Shown: positions 14,101-22,804 of the stretch, piece by piece
Layout: each line of letters begins with the position of its first letter
Position numbering within the stretch: position 1 is the first letter of the stretch
Program-made: the position numbers and the translations under genes
Notes under the pieces: model-generated
Seen by the model: the letters and a program-made list of their open reading frames with translations, nothing else
What the model was told of the DNA's origin: nothing
Database searches by the model: none
From: an uncultured Actinomycetota bacterium
GTDB taxonomy: Bacteria; Actinomycetota; Actinomycetes; Actinomycetales; CAWJMD01
Assembly (NCBI GenBank): GCA_963825505.1
Contig: CAWGTL010000010.1
Location: forward strand, 64,080-128,079
Reading direction: 5' to 3'
DNA length: 64,000 nucleotides

Positions 14101-14502
14101 GGCGACCACGGATGCCTCGCGGCCCTGCTGGTAGCGCTGGTAGGCCGTCTCGGCCGTCGTCGCACCCGTGAGGGCCTTGCCGGTCACGCCCGGGCTGGTC
14201 GCGGCGAGCCCGGCGACGCCTCCGGCGTAGGACGCCGAGCCGTCGTGGTCGAGCTTGATCATCACCGTGACCGGTGCGGAGTCGGTGCGCGCCAGGAGGG
14301 CGGGGTCGGTGCGGGCGAGCCTGCTCGCCGCCGACTTGGCGCCGGACACCGTGGCGGCGGCCGTCAGACCGGTCGCGGTGAACCGGTCCGCGCCGGTGGG
14401 GGTGCCGGGCGCCGCCTGGGCCGGTGCCACCACCCCGGCCGCGGCCAGCAGCAGGGCGGCCAGACCACCGACGAGGACTCGGGACGTGGTGCGACCGGAC
14501 AT
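11182..14502 (-). CDS. Secreted S8-family (subtilisin-like) serine peptidase, 1106 aa
   Basis: ATG 14502 follows CGGAGG. Signal peptide MSGRTTSRVLVGGLAALLLAAAGVVAPAQA. Catalytic motifs DSGVWPEHPS, HGTHTTT, GTSMSSPHVAG. Confidence 0.92.
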   Translation of the reverse strand: MSGRTTSRVLVGGLAALLLAAAGVVAPAQAAPGTPTGADRFTATGLTAAATVSGAKSAASRLARTDPALLARTDSAPVTVMIKLDHDGSASYAGGVAGLAATSPGVTGKALTGATTAETAYQRYQQGREASVVAALRAAVPSAQVGQRLRTVYGGIAATIPASSVEAVLAIDGVTAVQADTPRQLLTDSSAAFLNTQPVYTALGSTADAGQGVIYGNLDSGVWPEHPSLADQGNLAAPPGPARVCDFGDNPLTPATDPFVCQKKLIGGRPFLATYLSSPARAAAEPFHTARDSNGHGTHTTTTSAGNVVDGVSVLGSPKPPIHGMAPGAWVMSYKVCGIEGCFSSDSAAAVAQAVLDGVTVINFSISGGTDPFTDPVELAFLDAYAAGVLVSTSAGNNGPGAGTANHLSPWTMTVAASTQTREFASTLTVASSDGASLVVDGASITGGAGPLPLVFSSAAPYSRPLCDVPAPPGIFAGKIVACQRGVNARVDKGFNVLQGGAAGMVLYNPTLADIETDTHWLPTVHLADGTSLVAFAAAHPGLTATFTAGTARDGQGDVMAAFSSRGPAGLFLKPDVTAPGVQILAGDTPITEATESGPPGEYYQAIAGTSMSSPHVAGAAILLRATHPTWSPGQIKSALMTSALTSVVKEDLTTPADPFDMGAGRIDLGSSDRVPFTMDETAARFAALGNDALTAVHLNLPSVNAPVVPGILETTRVITSTSSRAVRIATSAQSPAGSKITVKPAKLTLRPGRSATLKITITTDAPLGAQQFGTIELKPVGSPQLHLPVAFVHEQGEVSLAQSCTPSSIALRATATCSVTATNASFDPAVVDLDTALDTELVAVSATGATITRPRALEVRGATLDGAELGVPSVDPGAGPAGYLPLDLFGIAPIAIGDEEFINFNVPAYEYNGRTYTSIGVNSNGYLVVGGGTSEDNNCCNLPAGPDPSPPNDVLAPFWTDLDGTGAAGILAGTLNDGVSTWLVVEHRVNVFGTTDTRAFQTWIGVNGVQDISYAYDPADMPSDPAGQDFLVGAENAAGEGDMVATLPTGDLVVTSTDPTPGASLQYTFTVRGVKTGNGTVTTQMRTPAVPGVTVVSSAVQVTRR

Positions 14503-14678
14503 GCCAGCCTCCGGGTTCGACGAGCAGGAGTTGCCCGATCGACGGGCGGTCGATGACCCCTCGAAGGGGTGAGGCTGGTGCGCGGGCTCAGTGAACCACC
14601 ACCCGTAGCGCGTGACAATGCCCTGTCCCCGTGCGGATTTCACGTAGTGTGACGGTTTGGCCCGGTGTGCCCTTCCCG

Positions 14679-15416
14679 TCAGGCGTCGGAGTTGCCCTTC
14701 CGGGCACGACCCAGGTAGACGCTGCACGCCGACCTGCCGCCGGTCACCGGGTTCGGGAAGTCGACGACCTCGCCGTGGACGTCGTCGAGCACCTCGCGCA
14801 TCACGTCGAGGTACACGGCGGTCGGCGGGTCGTCGGACCACAGCCCGAACACCCCACCGGGACGCAGGTAGCGCACCAGCCGGCGCAAGCCGTCGGACGT
14901 GTAGAAGGCCCCGTGGCCGGGGTGCAGCGTGTGGTCCGGCGTGTGGTCGATGTCGACGAGCACGGCGTCGACCACCCGACCCGGCGCGTCCGGGTCGAAC
15001 CCGTCGCCGGCTGCCATCGCGAAGAAGTCGCCGTGCACGAGCCGGGTGCGCGGGTCCTCGGCCAGCTCGGCGCCGCCGGGCACCAGATCCTCACGGTGCC
15101 AACGGATCACCTCGTCCAGCGCGTCGATCACGAGCACCTGGCCGACCCGATCGTCCGCGAGCACGGTGCGGGCCGTCCACCCGAGGCCCAGCCCACCGAC
15201 CACGACGTCGAGGTGGTCGGAACCAGCAGGGAGCATCGCGAGCCCCAGCGTGGCGAGCGCCACCTCGGACGCGGTGAAGAGGCTGGTCATGAGGTACTCC
15301 TCGCCCAGCCGCACCTCGTACACCTCGACGCCGAGCGACGGCTCGATCCGCCGGCGCAGCGCGATCTCCCCCATGGGGGTCTCGGCCCAGGCCAGCTCCT
15401 CGATCCGCGGTGACAT
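14679..15416 (-). CDS. Spermidine-synthase-like class I methyltransferase-fold protein
   Basis: 245-aa ORF. The VVVGGLGLG glycine motif and the VLVDIDHTPD segment are typical of spermine/spermidine synthase-like proteins. Confidence 0.7.
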   Translation of the reverse strand: MSPRIEELAWAETPMGEIALRRRIEPSLGVEVYEVRLGEEYLMTSLFTASEVALATLGLAMLPAGSDHLDVVVGGLGLGWTARTVLADDRVGQVLVIDALDEVIRWHREDLVPGGAELAEDPRTRLVHGDFFAMAAGDGFDPDAPGRVVDAVLVDIDHTPDHTLHPGHGAFYTSDGLRRLVRYLRPGGVFGLWSDDPPTAVYLDVMREVLDDVHGEVVDFPNPVTGGRSACSVYLGRARKGNSDA

Positions 15417-15437
15417 CCCCCGACCGTAGTGCCGGGC

Positions 15438-16409
15438 TCAGCCGCCGAGCGCCTCCAGGGCGAGCGCGGTCGCGCGGGCCACGGCCTCGTCCGACGGCTC
15501 GTCGGCGTCCTCGTCCCGGCTGGTCAGGACGGCCACGACCAGCGGCGCCCGACCGGGCGGATGCAGCACCGCGAGGTCGTTGCGGTTGCCGAAGTCGCCG
15601 GTGCCCGACTTGCTGCCCACCACCCAACCAGCCGGGGCGGCTGCGCGGACCAGGCCGTCGCCGGTCTCGCTCGCCCGCAGCCAGCCGTCCAGGAGGGCGC
15701 GGTCGTCCTGTGCCAGGCCGTCGTCGACCACCAGCAGGCGCAGGTCCGCGGCCAGCGCGCGCGGCGTCGAGGTGTCGCGCTCGTCGCCGGGCACGGCCGA
15801 GCTCATCTGCGGCTCGACCCGGTCGGTGCGCGTCGTGGTGTCGCCGAGGTCGCGCAACGCCGCCTGCAGCCCGACCGGCCCGCCGACGTGCTCGAGCAGC
15901 AGGTTGGTGGCGGCGTTGTCGCTCACCCGCACGGCGGCGTCGCACAGCTCGCGCAGCGTCATGGTGGTGCCGAGCCGGGTCTGCGCCACGGGGGAGTGCT
16001 GCACCAGGTCGCGCTGCTCGACCGGCAGCGCCACGGCGTCGAGGTCGGTGGCGCTCGCGCGGTCGAGCACCACCGCCGCGAGCAGCGCCTTGAACGTCGA
16101 GGCGTGGGCGAACCGCTCGTCGGCGCGGTGCTGCACCGTCGCGCCGGTGCCGGTGTCGACGGCCAGCAGCCCGATCCGCACGTCCAGCTCGGTCTCCAGC
16201 CGGGTGATCGCGGTCAGCTCGACGGGCGCGGGCGGTGTCGTCGGTGCGGGCGGTGTCGTCGGTGCGGGCGAGGACGTCGCGGCGGAGCTCGTCGTGGAGG
16301 GCGCCGGGCCCGACCGGTCAGCCAGGTCGCCGGACGGTCCCGTCGTGCACGCCGCCAGCAGCAGGCACGCCGTCACCGCGACCTGCGGCGCGCAGCGCCG
16401 TCGGGTCAC
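15438..16409 (-). CDS. Class A beta-lactamase, probable lipoprotein
   Basis: STFK (SxxK), SDN and KSG motifs in the expected order. N-terminal lipobox LLLAAC. GTGA overlap with the upstream VOC gene. Confidence 0.9.
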   Translation of the reverse strand: MTRRRCAPQVAVTACLLLAACTTGPSGDLADRSGPAPSTTSSAATSSPAPTTPPAPTTPPAPVELTAITRLETELDVRIGLLAVDTGTGATVQHRADERFAHASTFKALLAAVVLDRASATDLDAVALPVEQRDLVQHSPVAQTRLGTTMTLRELCDAAVRVSDNAATNLLLEHVGGPVGLQAALRDLGDTTTRTDRVEPQMSSAVPGDERDTSTPRALAADLRLLVVDDGLAQDDRALLDGWLRASETGDGLVRAAAPAGWVVGSKSGTGDFGNRNDLAVLHPPGRAPLVVAVLTSRDEDADEPSDEAVARATALALEALGG

Positions 16410-16780
16410 CCTCGAGCCTCACGGGCCGGGTCGTCCGCCGGGCGCAGCAGGCAGAACTCGTTGCCCTCGGGGTCGCGCAGCACCTTCCACCGGTCGCCGT
16501 CGTAGACGTCGTCCGCGGTGGACGCGCCGACCTCGAGCGCGTGCCGGACGGCCGCCTCGAAGTCGTCGGTGCGCAGGTCCAGGTGCAGCCGGTTCTTGAC
16601 CTGCTTGCCCTCCGGCACCAGCCCGAAGTCGAGCCGCACCGAGGCGTTCCGCAGCTCGACGAAACCCTCCTCGTCGGCCTCGACCTCGCCCCCGAGCAGC
16701 CGCTGCCAGAACCGCGCGAGCGCCAGCGGGTCGTGGCAGTCGAACGCGACGGCGGCGATCCCCGTGATCGGTGTCCCCAT
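16406..16780 (-). CDS. VOC (glyoxalase/bleomycin-resistance fold) family protein
   Basis: ATG 16780 is in frame in ORF 16406..16915. MGTPITGIAAVAFDCHDPLALARFWQRLLGG...RDPEGNEFCLL. Confidence 0.8.
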   Translation of the reverse strand: MGTPITGIAAVAFDCHDPLALARFWQRLLGGEVEADEEGFVELRNASVRLDFGLVPEGKQVKNRLHLDLRTDDFEAAVRHALEVGASTADDVYDGDRWKVLRDPEGNEFCLLRPADDPAREARG

Positions 16781-16802
16781 CGCCTCATCCCAGCACACCG
16801 GC

Positions 16803-17735
16803 TCAGCCGAGGGCGTGGACGAGGTCGAGCGCCGCCGGGGCCAGCGCCTGCTGCCGGGCCGCCCACACGGCGTCGGGCGAGGCGGTGCCGGCCACCAGCA
16901 GGGCCGTGACCGCACGCACCAGGAGCAGCGCCGACGCCGCGTCGAGCCCGGAGTCGGCGAGCACCTGGGCGCGCTCGTCCGCCGGGCCGGGCAGGTGCGC
17001 GCACAGGTACGCCAGGTCCCAGCCGGGCGGGCCGGCGCACAGGTGCTCGAGGTCGATCAGGCGCAGCCTGGCGTCGCCGTCGAGCAGCCAGTTGCCCGGG
17101 TGCGGGTCGGCGTGGGTCGCCACGGCCGGCAGCTCCCACCACAGCGCGGTGCCGTCGTCGTCCACGACCGGGCCCGCGCTGACGGCCCAGTAGGCCGTCA
17201 GCAGGTCCTCGGCGAGGTCGGGGGCGTCGGGGAGCGCGGCGCGCACCCGGGAGGCCAGCTGCGGACGCGGCTTGGCGACGTCGGTGGCGGGCAGCGGCCG
17301 CAGCCCGTGGGCGGGCACCTGGGCGAGGTCGTCGAGCACCCGGGCCGCCGCGGCCAGCGTCGTGGAGTCCCAGGCCGACGCCGGTCCGCCGGGCACGGCC
17401 TGCATCACCAGGGCGGGCACCGTCGGGTCGGTGGCGATCGAGGCCGCCACCTGGTCGAACCGGTGCGCGCGCAGGTGCGACAGCGCCTCGCCCTCGCGCA
17501 CCACCGCCTGCCCGGCCTTGGAGCCGGGCCCGTCGGTGGCCCACTTCACCACCACCTCGTGCCCGTCGGCCAGGTGGACGCGCACGACCTGCATCCCGGA
17601 GAACCCGCCGGACAGCGGCTGGGTGGCGACCGCCTCACCCAGCGTCACGCCGATGAACGCGACCAGGGCCGCGGGCAGGGCGAGGTCGCCGGCCTCGACG
17701 ACGACGCCGGCTGCGGTGGCGGGTGCGGTGCTCAC
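16803..17735 (-). CDS. Aminoglycoside/choline-kinase-like phosphotransferase (APH family)
   Basis: HADPHPGNWLL (HxDxxxxN) and IDLE motifs. Start is GTG 17735 or the ORF-track start 17816. Confidence 0.75.
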   Translation of the reverse strand: MSTAPATAAGVVVEAGDLALPAALVAFIGVTLGEAVATQPLSGGFSGMQVVRVHLADGHEVVVKWATDGPGSKAGQAVVREGEALSHLRAHRFDQVAASIATDPTVPALVMQAVPGGPASAWDSTTLAAAARVLDDLAQVPAHGLRPLPATDVAKPRPQLASRVRAALPDAPDLAEDLLTAYWAVSAGPVVDDDGTALWWELPAVATHADPHPGNWLLDGDARLRLIDLEHLCAGPPGWDLAYLCAHLPGPADERAQVLADSGLDAASALLLVRAVTALLVAGTASPDAVWAARQQALAPAALDLVHALG

Positions 17736-17821
17736 GACCGCGGCAGCATCGCAGCAGGACGGCCGGTGCGGGACCCCCGGGTCGCCTCGCGGCGTGCCGC
17801 GAGGACCGGTAGACACGACCG

Positions 17822-18784
17822 GTGACCGTCGTCGGCTTCCACGCCTCCCACGAGCAGGTGCACCCCCGCGAGCTGCTGCGCGCCGTCCGCCGCGCCGAGG
17901 AGGTGGGGTTCGACGCGGCGATGTGCTCCGACCACTTCTCGCCGTGGAGCGAGCGGCAGGGCCACTCCGGCTTCGCGTGGTCCTGGCTCGGCGCCGCCCT
18001 CGCCACCACCGACCTCACCTTCGGGGTGGTGAACGCACCGGGGCAGCGCTACCACCCGGCGGTGATCGCGCAGGCGATCGCGACGCTGAACGCGATGTTC
18101 GACGGGCGGCTGTGGGTGGCGCTCGGGTCGGGGGAGCTGTCGAACGAGCACATCACCGGCGCGGTCTGGCCGCGCAAGGAGCTGCGCGACCGCCGCCTGC
18201 GCGAGTGCGTCGAGGTGATCCGCGCGCTGCTGCGCGGCGAGGAGGTCAGCCACGACGGGCTCGTGCACGTCGACCGGGCGCGGATCTGGACCCTGCCGGA
18301 CGAGCAGCCGCTGCTGATCGGCGCGGCCGTCTCGCCGAAGACCGCTGCGGCGCACGCCGACTGGGCCGACGGTCTGGCCACCGTCAACCAGCCGGCCGAC
18401 GTCCTGCGCGAGGTCGTCGCCGCCTACCGCGACGCCGGCGGCCGCGGCGACGCCACGCTGCAGGTGCACGTCTGCTGGGACCCGGACCAGGCGCGCGCCG
18501 AGCAGATCGCGCACGACCAGTGGCGCTCGAACGTGCTCGGGCCGCCCGCGAGCTGGGACATCGACTCGGCCGCGGTGTTCGACCAGGTCAGCGCGCACGT
18601 CACCGTGGACGCGGTGAAGGACGCGGTGGTCGTCGAGCACGACCTCGGCCGGCTCACCGAGCGGCTGCGCGAGCTCGTCGCGATCGGCTTCGACCGGGTG
18701 TACGTGCACCACGTGGGCCAGGAGCAGCTGCCGTTCCTCGACGCCTTCGGCGAGCACGTCCTGCCCGGGCTGAAGGCCGCCTGA
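17822..18784 (+). CDS. LLM-class FMN-dependent oxidoreductase (TIGR03885-like)
   Basis: 320-aa ORF reading GFHASHEQVHPRELL...MCSDHFSPWSERQGHSGFAWSWLGAAL. Confidence 0.8.
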   Translation: MTVVGFHASHEQVHPRELLRAVRRAEEVGFDAAMCSDHFSPWSERQGHSGFAWSWLGAALATTDLTFGVVNAPGQRYHPAVIAQAIATLNAMFDGRLWVALGSGELSNEHITGAVWPRKELRDRRLRECVEVIRALLRGEEVSHDGLVHVDRARIWTLPDEQPLLIGAAVSPKTAAAHADWADGLATVNQPADVLREVVAAYRDAGGRGDATLQVHVCWDPDQARAEQIAHDQWRSNVLGPPASWDIDSAAVFDQVSAHVTVDAVKDAVVVEHDLGRLTERLRELVAIGFDRVYVHHVGQEQLPFLDAFGEHVLPGLKAA

Positions 18785-20481
18785 TGGACCTCACCCTCAC
18801 CGGCGACCTGTGGTGGAAGACCGCCGTCGTGTACTGCCTCGACGTCGAGACCTACTTCGACTCCGACGGCGACGGCGTCGGCGACCTCGCCGGACTCGCC
18901 CAGCGGATCGAGCACCTCGCCGACCTCGGGGTCACCTGCCTGTGGCTGATGCCCTTCTACCCCACGGCGGAGAAGGACGACGGGTACGACATCACCGACT
19001 TCTACGCCGTCGACCCGCGCCTCGGCACCCTCGGCGACCTGGTCGAGGTGGTGCGCACCGCCCACGACCGCGGCATCCGGGTCATCGTCGACCTGGTGGT
19101 CAACCACACCTCCGACCAGCACCCGTGGTTCCGGTCGGCGCGGCGCAGCAAGAGCTCCCCGTACCGCGACTACTACGTCTGGCGGTCCGACCCGCCGCCG
19201 GACACCGGCGACGAGGTCGTCTTCCCGGGCGAGCAGGACGCGATCTGGACGCTGGACGAGCGGACCGGCGAGTACTACCTGCACCGCTTCTACCGGCACC
19301 AGCCCGACCTCGACGTGACCAACCCGGCGGTCCGCGACGAGATCGCCAAGATCGTCGGCTTCTGGCTGGCACTGGGCATCGACGGGTTCCGGGTCGACGC
19401 CGTGCCGTTCCTGATCGAGAGCAGGGGCGCCTCGGCCGCGGGGGCGAAGGACCTCGGGGACGGGCACCAGCTGCTCAAGGACCTGCGCGCGTTCCTGGGC
19501 CGCCGCAACGGCGAGGCGATCCTGCTGGGGGAGGTCAACGTGCCCTACAAGGACCAGGTGAAGTTCTTCGGAGGGGCCGACGGCGACGAGCTGACGATGC
19601 AGTTCGACTTCATCGGCATGCAGCAGACCTACCTCTCGCTCGCCCGGCGGGACGCGCGGCCGCTGGCGCGCACGCTGCGCAAGCGACCTGCCCTGCGCGA
19701 CACGCAGTGGGCGTCGTTCCTGCGCAACCACGACGAGCTCACCCTCGACAAGCTCACCGACGCCGAGCGCCAGGAGGTGTTCGACGCCTTCGGGCCGGAG
19801 CCCGAGATGCAGGTCTACGGACGGGGTCTGGTGCGCCGGCTGCCGCCCATGCTCGACGGCGACCCGCGCCGGCTCCGGATGGCGTACAGCCTGATGTTCT
19901 CCCTGCCGGGGACCCCGGTGCTGTTCTACGGCGAGGAGATCGGGATGGGGGAGAACCTCGCCGCCGGCGGACGGCAGGCGGTCCGCACGCCGATGCAGTG
20001 GTCGGGCGACCAGCGCAACGGCGGCTTCTCCGACGCCGCGCCGTCGCGGCTGCCCAACCCGGTGGTCGAGGGGGCGTACGGGCCGAGGTTCGTCAACGTC
20101 GCCGACCAGCGGCGCGACGACGACTCGCTGCTCGCGTTCATCACCCTGCTGGCCCGCCGCTACCGCGAGTGCCCCGAGCTCGGGTGGTCCGACGTCGAGG
20201 TGCTGGACCAGCCGCACCGCCCGGTGCTCGCGCACCTGGCGCGCTGGGACGACGGCGTGATGGTGGGTCTGCACAACGTCGGCGACGACGCGCTCGTGGT
20301 GCCGCTGCAGCTGCCCGCGGAGCTGCGGCCGGAGGGTGCCTGGGGAGGGTGCGAGCTGGTCGACCTGCTGCAGGACGGGCGCACAGCCCTCGACGGCCGC
20401 GGTCGCGCCGAGCTCGCGCTCGACGGCTACGGGTACCGGTGGCTGCGGCTCACCCGGCCGGGGGACCGCAGGCTGCTCTGA
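18784..20481 (+). CDS. Alpha-amylase family (GH13) enzyme, trehalose-synthase/alpha-glucosidase-like
   Basis: ATG 18784 overlaps the previous stop (TGATG). WWKTAVVYCLDVETY, DGYDITDFYAVDPRLGT, VIVDLVVNHTSDQHPWF, GFRVDAVPFL. Confidence 0.88.
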   Translation: MDLTLTGDLWWKTAVVYCLDVETYFDSDGDGVGDLAGLAQRIEHLADLGVTCLWLMPFYPTAEKDDGYDITDFYAVDPRLGTLGDLVEVVRTAHDRGIRVIVDLVVNHTSDQHPWFRSARRSKSSPYRDYYVWRSDPPPDTGDEVVFPGEQDAIWTLDERTGEYYLHRFYRHQPDLDVTNPAVRDEIAKIVGFWLALGIDGFRVDAVPFLIESRGASAAGAKDLGDGHQLLKDLRAFLGRRNGEAILLGEVNVPYKDQVKFFGGADGDELTMQFDFIGMQQTYLSLARRDARPLARTLRKRPALRDTQWASFLRNHDELTLDKLTDAERQEVFDAFGPEPEMQVYGRGLVRRLPPMLDGDPRRLRMAYSLMFSLPGTPVLFYGEEIGMGENLAAGGRQAVRTPMQWSGDQRNGGFSDAAPSRLPNPVVEGAYGPRFVNVADQRRDDDSLLAFITLLARRYRECPELGWSDVEVLDQPHRPVLAHLARWDDGVMVGLHNVGDDALVVPLQLPAELRPEGAWGGCELVDLLQDGRTALDGRGRAELALDGYGYRWLRLTRPGDRRLL

Positions 20482-20572
20482 CGGGCCCTGCTCGCCGTCC
20501 TGGCCGCCCACGAGCTCGTGCGCCCGCTCACCCGGCTGGTGTGGGGCGGGCATCTCGAGCGGTCCGGTCTGA

Positions 20573-21886
20573 TCAGGGCAGCGGGCCGAGCGCCACGTCC
20601 AGGGCCGGGTCGCGACCGGCCATGACGTCCTGCGCCGTCGGCGCCACCGGCAGGTGCGGCTCGATCGTCAGGCGCGGGTCGTCCGGGGTGCTGCGCTCCC
20701 AGTAGCGCGTGCTCACGCCCACCTGCAGCGGCACCGGGAGGTGGTCGAGCCCGACCTGGGTCACGTCGTCCCAGAAGTTCAGCCCGCCGCCCATCGGCTC
20801 GCCCACGACCACCGGCTCCAGCGCCCGCTCGACGTCGGTGGCGAGGTTGCTGGCGGCGGAGAACGTGACCCTGTCGGTGAGCAGCACCACCCGCGCGCCG
20901 GCGCGGGTCGAGACCAACCGCTGCAGGGTGGCGAGGGTCGCGCCGTTGTTGGTGTTGTCGCCCCCCGGGTTCTGCCGCAGGTCGAGCAGCACGCGATCGA
21001 TCTCGGGGGCGGCCACCAGGGCGTCGACGGCCTGCCGGGCCTCGGGCCCGGGCGGACGGATCTGGGTCAGCCGCCAGTAGACGGCCGAGGTGCCGGGCAG
21101 CCGCTCGGACCACATCGTCTCGTCGTAGCGGCGGTAGCGCGTCCGGTCGTCCTGGGGGAGCCGGAGCTCGGCGAAATCGCCTGCCCACGAGACGAACTCG
21201 GCGTGCGGCAGCGGATCGACGTCTGTCTCCCACGGCGTTCCGTCCCGCTCCAGGCCGAGCCGGACCGGACCGTCCCCGACCAGGCCGAGGCCGCGCAGCA
21301 CCTGCAGCCGTCGCAGCAGGAGCGGACGGAAGGTCGGCACCGTCGCCGGCCCGTCGCGCGGCACGAGCGGCTCGACCGCGGCCAGCACGTCCTCGGCCGG
21401 GTGGTCCCCGATCCGCACCAGCCAGGAGCCGGCGAGCCGGTCGTCCCCGTCCGGCGTCGCGGTCACCAGCAGCCGGCCGTCCAGCTCCCACAGCCCGAGG
21501 GGGAGCAGGTCCCCCTCGTGCCCCGGCCGGGGCAGGGCGAACTGGTGGCCGTCGCGACCCTCCCGGCTGAGCATCGCCACCAGCCGCATCACCGCGACCG
21601 TGGTCTCGTCCGCCGAGAGCGTGGCGAGCCGGTCCTGCAGGTCGCGCAGCGCGCCGACGAACTCCTCCCGCGGCACCCCGTGGAACGGCTCGGGGTGGAT
21701 CACCTCGAGCCGGCGCAGCAGCTCGTCCAGGTCGGCGACCGCCTGCGCCGCGCTCCCGGACGCGGTGCTGCTCCCGGTCGGGGACCCGGCGCCCGTCGTG
21801 GCCGGCGGGCGCGCCGCGCCGGGTCCGCACCCCGCCAGCAGCGCGACCGCGCCCGCCAGGGCGCCACGCCGGGTGATCTCCGCCAC
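20573..21886 (-). CDS. S41-like peptidase, Tat/lipoprotein-type N-terminus
   Basis: GTG 21886 is in frame in ORF 20573..22663. TRRGALAGAVALLAGC signal. LDLRQNPGGDN and TFSAASN segments are typical of S41/tail-specific protease-like proteins. Confidence 0.65.
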   Translation of the reverse strand: MAEITRRGALAGAVALLAGCGPGAARPPATTGAGSPTGSSTASGSAAQAVADLDELLRRLEVIHPEPFHGVPREEFVGALRDLQDRLATLSADETTVAVMRLVAMLSREGRDGHQFALPRPGHEGDLLPLGLWELDGRLLVTATPDGDDRLAGSWLVRIGDHPAEDVLAAVEPLVPRDGPATVPTFRPLLLRRLQVLRGLGLVGDGPVRLGLERDGTPWETDVDPLPHAEFVSWAGDFAELRLPQDDRTRYRRYDETMWSERLPGTSAVYWRLTQIRPPGPEARQAVDALVAAPEIDRVLLDLRQNPGGDNTNNGATLATLQRLVSTRAGARVVLLTDRVTFSAASNLATDVERALEPVVVGEPMGGGLNFWDDVTQVGLDHLPVPLQVGVSTRYWERSTPDDPRLTIEPHLPVAPTAQDVMAGRDPALDVALGPLP

Positions 21887-21994
21887 GTCCGCGAAAGTAG
21901 TACGGCGCCGTAGTATCTCGGAAGGGCCCGGCGTCCGGCGACACCGGATCGTGACGCGGGCCGAGGTCGCCGGACCGGAAGGGCGGGTGAGGAC

Positions 21995-22498
21995 GTGACC
22001 GTCGCCGCACCTCGACGGGTCAAGGGCACCTCCCTGCTGTTCGACGTCTTCGTGCTGGCCCAGGGCGTGGGGGAGATGCTCGGCGAGGCGCTCGCGGAGG
22101 GGCCGCTGACGGCGGAGGAGTACGCCGTGTACAGCCACCTGCTGGAGACCGGTGCGTGCACGCCCACGCAGGTCTCCCGCGAGCTGAGGGCACCGGCGAC
22201 CACGGTCTCGGACTGGGTCCGGACGATGTCCGGCCGCGGGCACGTCCGCCGCCGGCGCAGCCGCACCGACGGGCGGTCCTACGAGCTGGTCCTCACCGCC
22301 GCCGGCGTGCGTGCTCACCGGGAGACCAACCGCCTGTTCGAGGACGTCAACGCCCGGTTCCTCGAGCGGCTCGGCCGTCCGGAGGGCGAGGTGCGGCAGG
22401 TCCTGGCCGAGGTGCTGGCCGCCACCGGCCCCCCGACGGCGGTGCCGTCGGCGCCGGCGAGCGCGCGGGTGGTCGGGGACGACCCGCGCGGCCGGTAG
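21995..22498 (+). CDS. MarR-family transcriptional regulator
   Basis: 167-aa ORF with a winged-HTH segment (CTPTQVSRELRAPATTVSDWVRTMSGRGHVRR). Divergent from the S41 gene. Confidence 0.85.
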   Translation: MTVAAPRRVKGTSLLFDVFVLAQGVGEMLGEALAEGPLTAEEYAVYSHLLETGACTPTQVSRELRAPATTVSDWVRTMSGRGHVRRRRSRTDGRSYELVLTAAGVRAHRETNRLFEDVNARFLERLGRPEGEVRQVLAEVLAATGPPTAVPSAPASARVVGDDPRGR

Positions 22499-22804
22499 AC
22501 TCCTGCGTACCGGTCCACTGACGTGACCGGACCTCCCGCGGACGAGATGTCCGCCCGGGTCGCTCCCCGTGAGACGTCCGCACCACCCGACGTCCCTCCA
22601 CGAATCACCACGTTGCGGCCTTCGATCGCGACGGAGCTGTTCTCGCATGCCTGGCACCACCACGTCCTCGTCCTCCTCTGCCCGCGGCTACGGCCAGCGC
22701 TCCTCCGGGGCCGCTCCCGGGGCCAGCGCCCCCAGCGCGGCCGGCCGGCGTACGGCTCCTCCGGGGCCTCCCGCCGTCCGCGCACCGACACCGCGACCCT
22801 GGCG

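Noticed and set aside
11539-14556. 1005-aa plus-strand ORF opposite the S8 peptidase gene
   Set aside because: Same high-GC artefact. The minus-strand frame has the signal peptide, catalytic D/H/S motifs and the GC3 bias.
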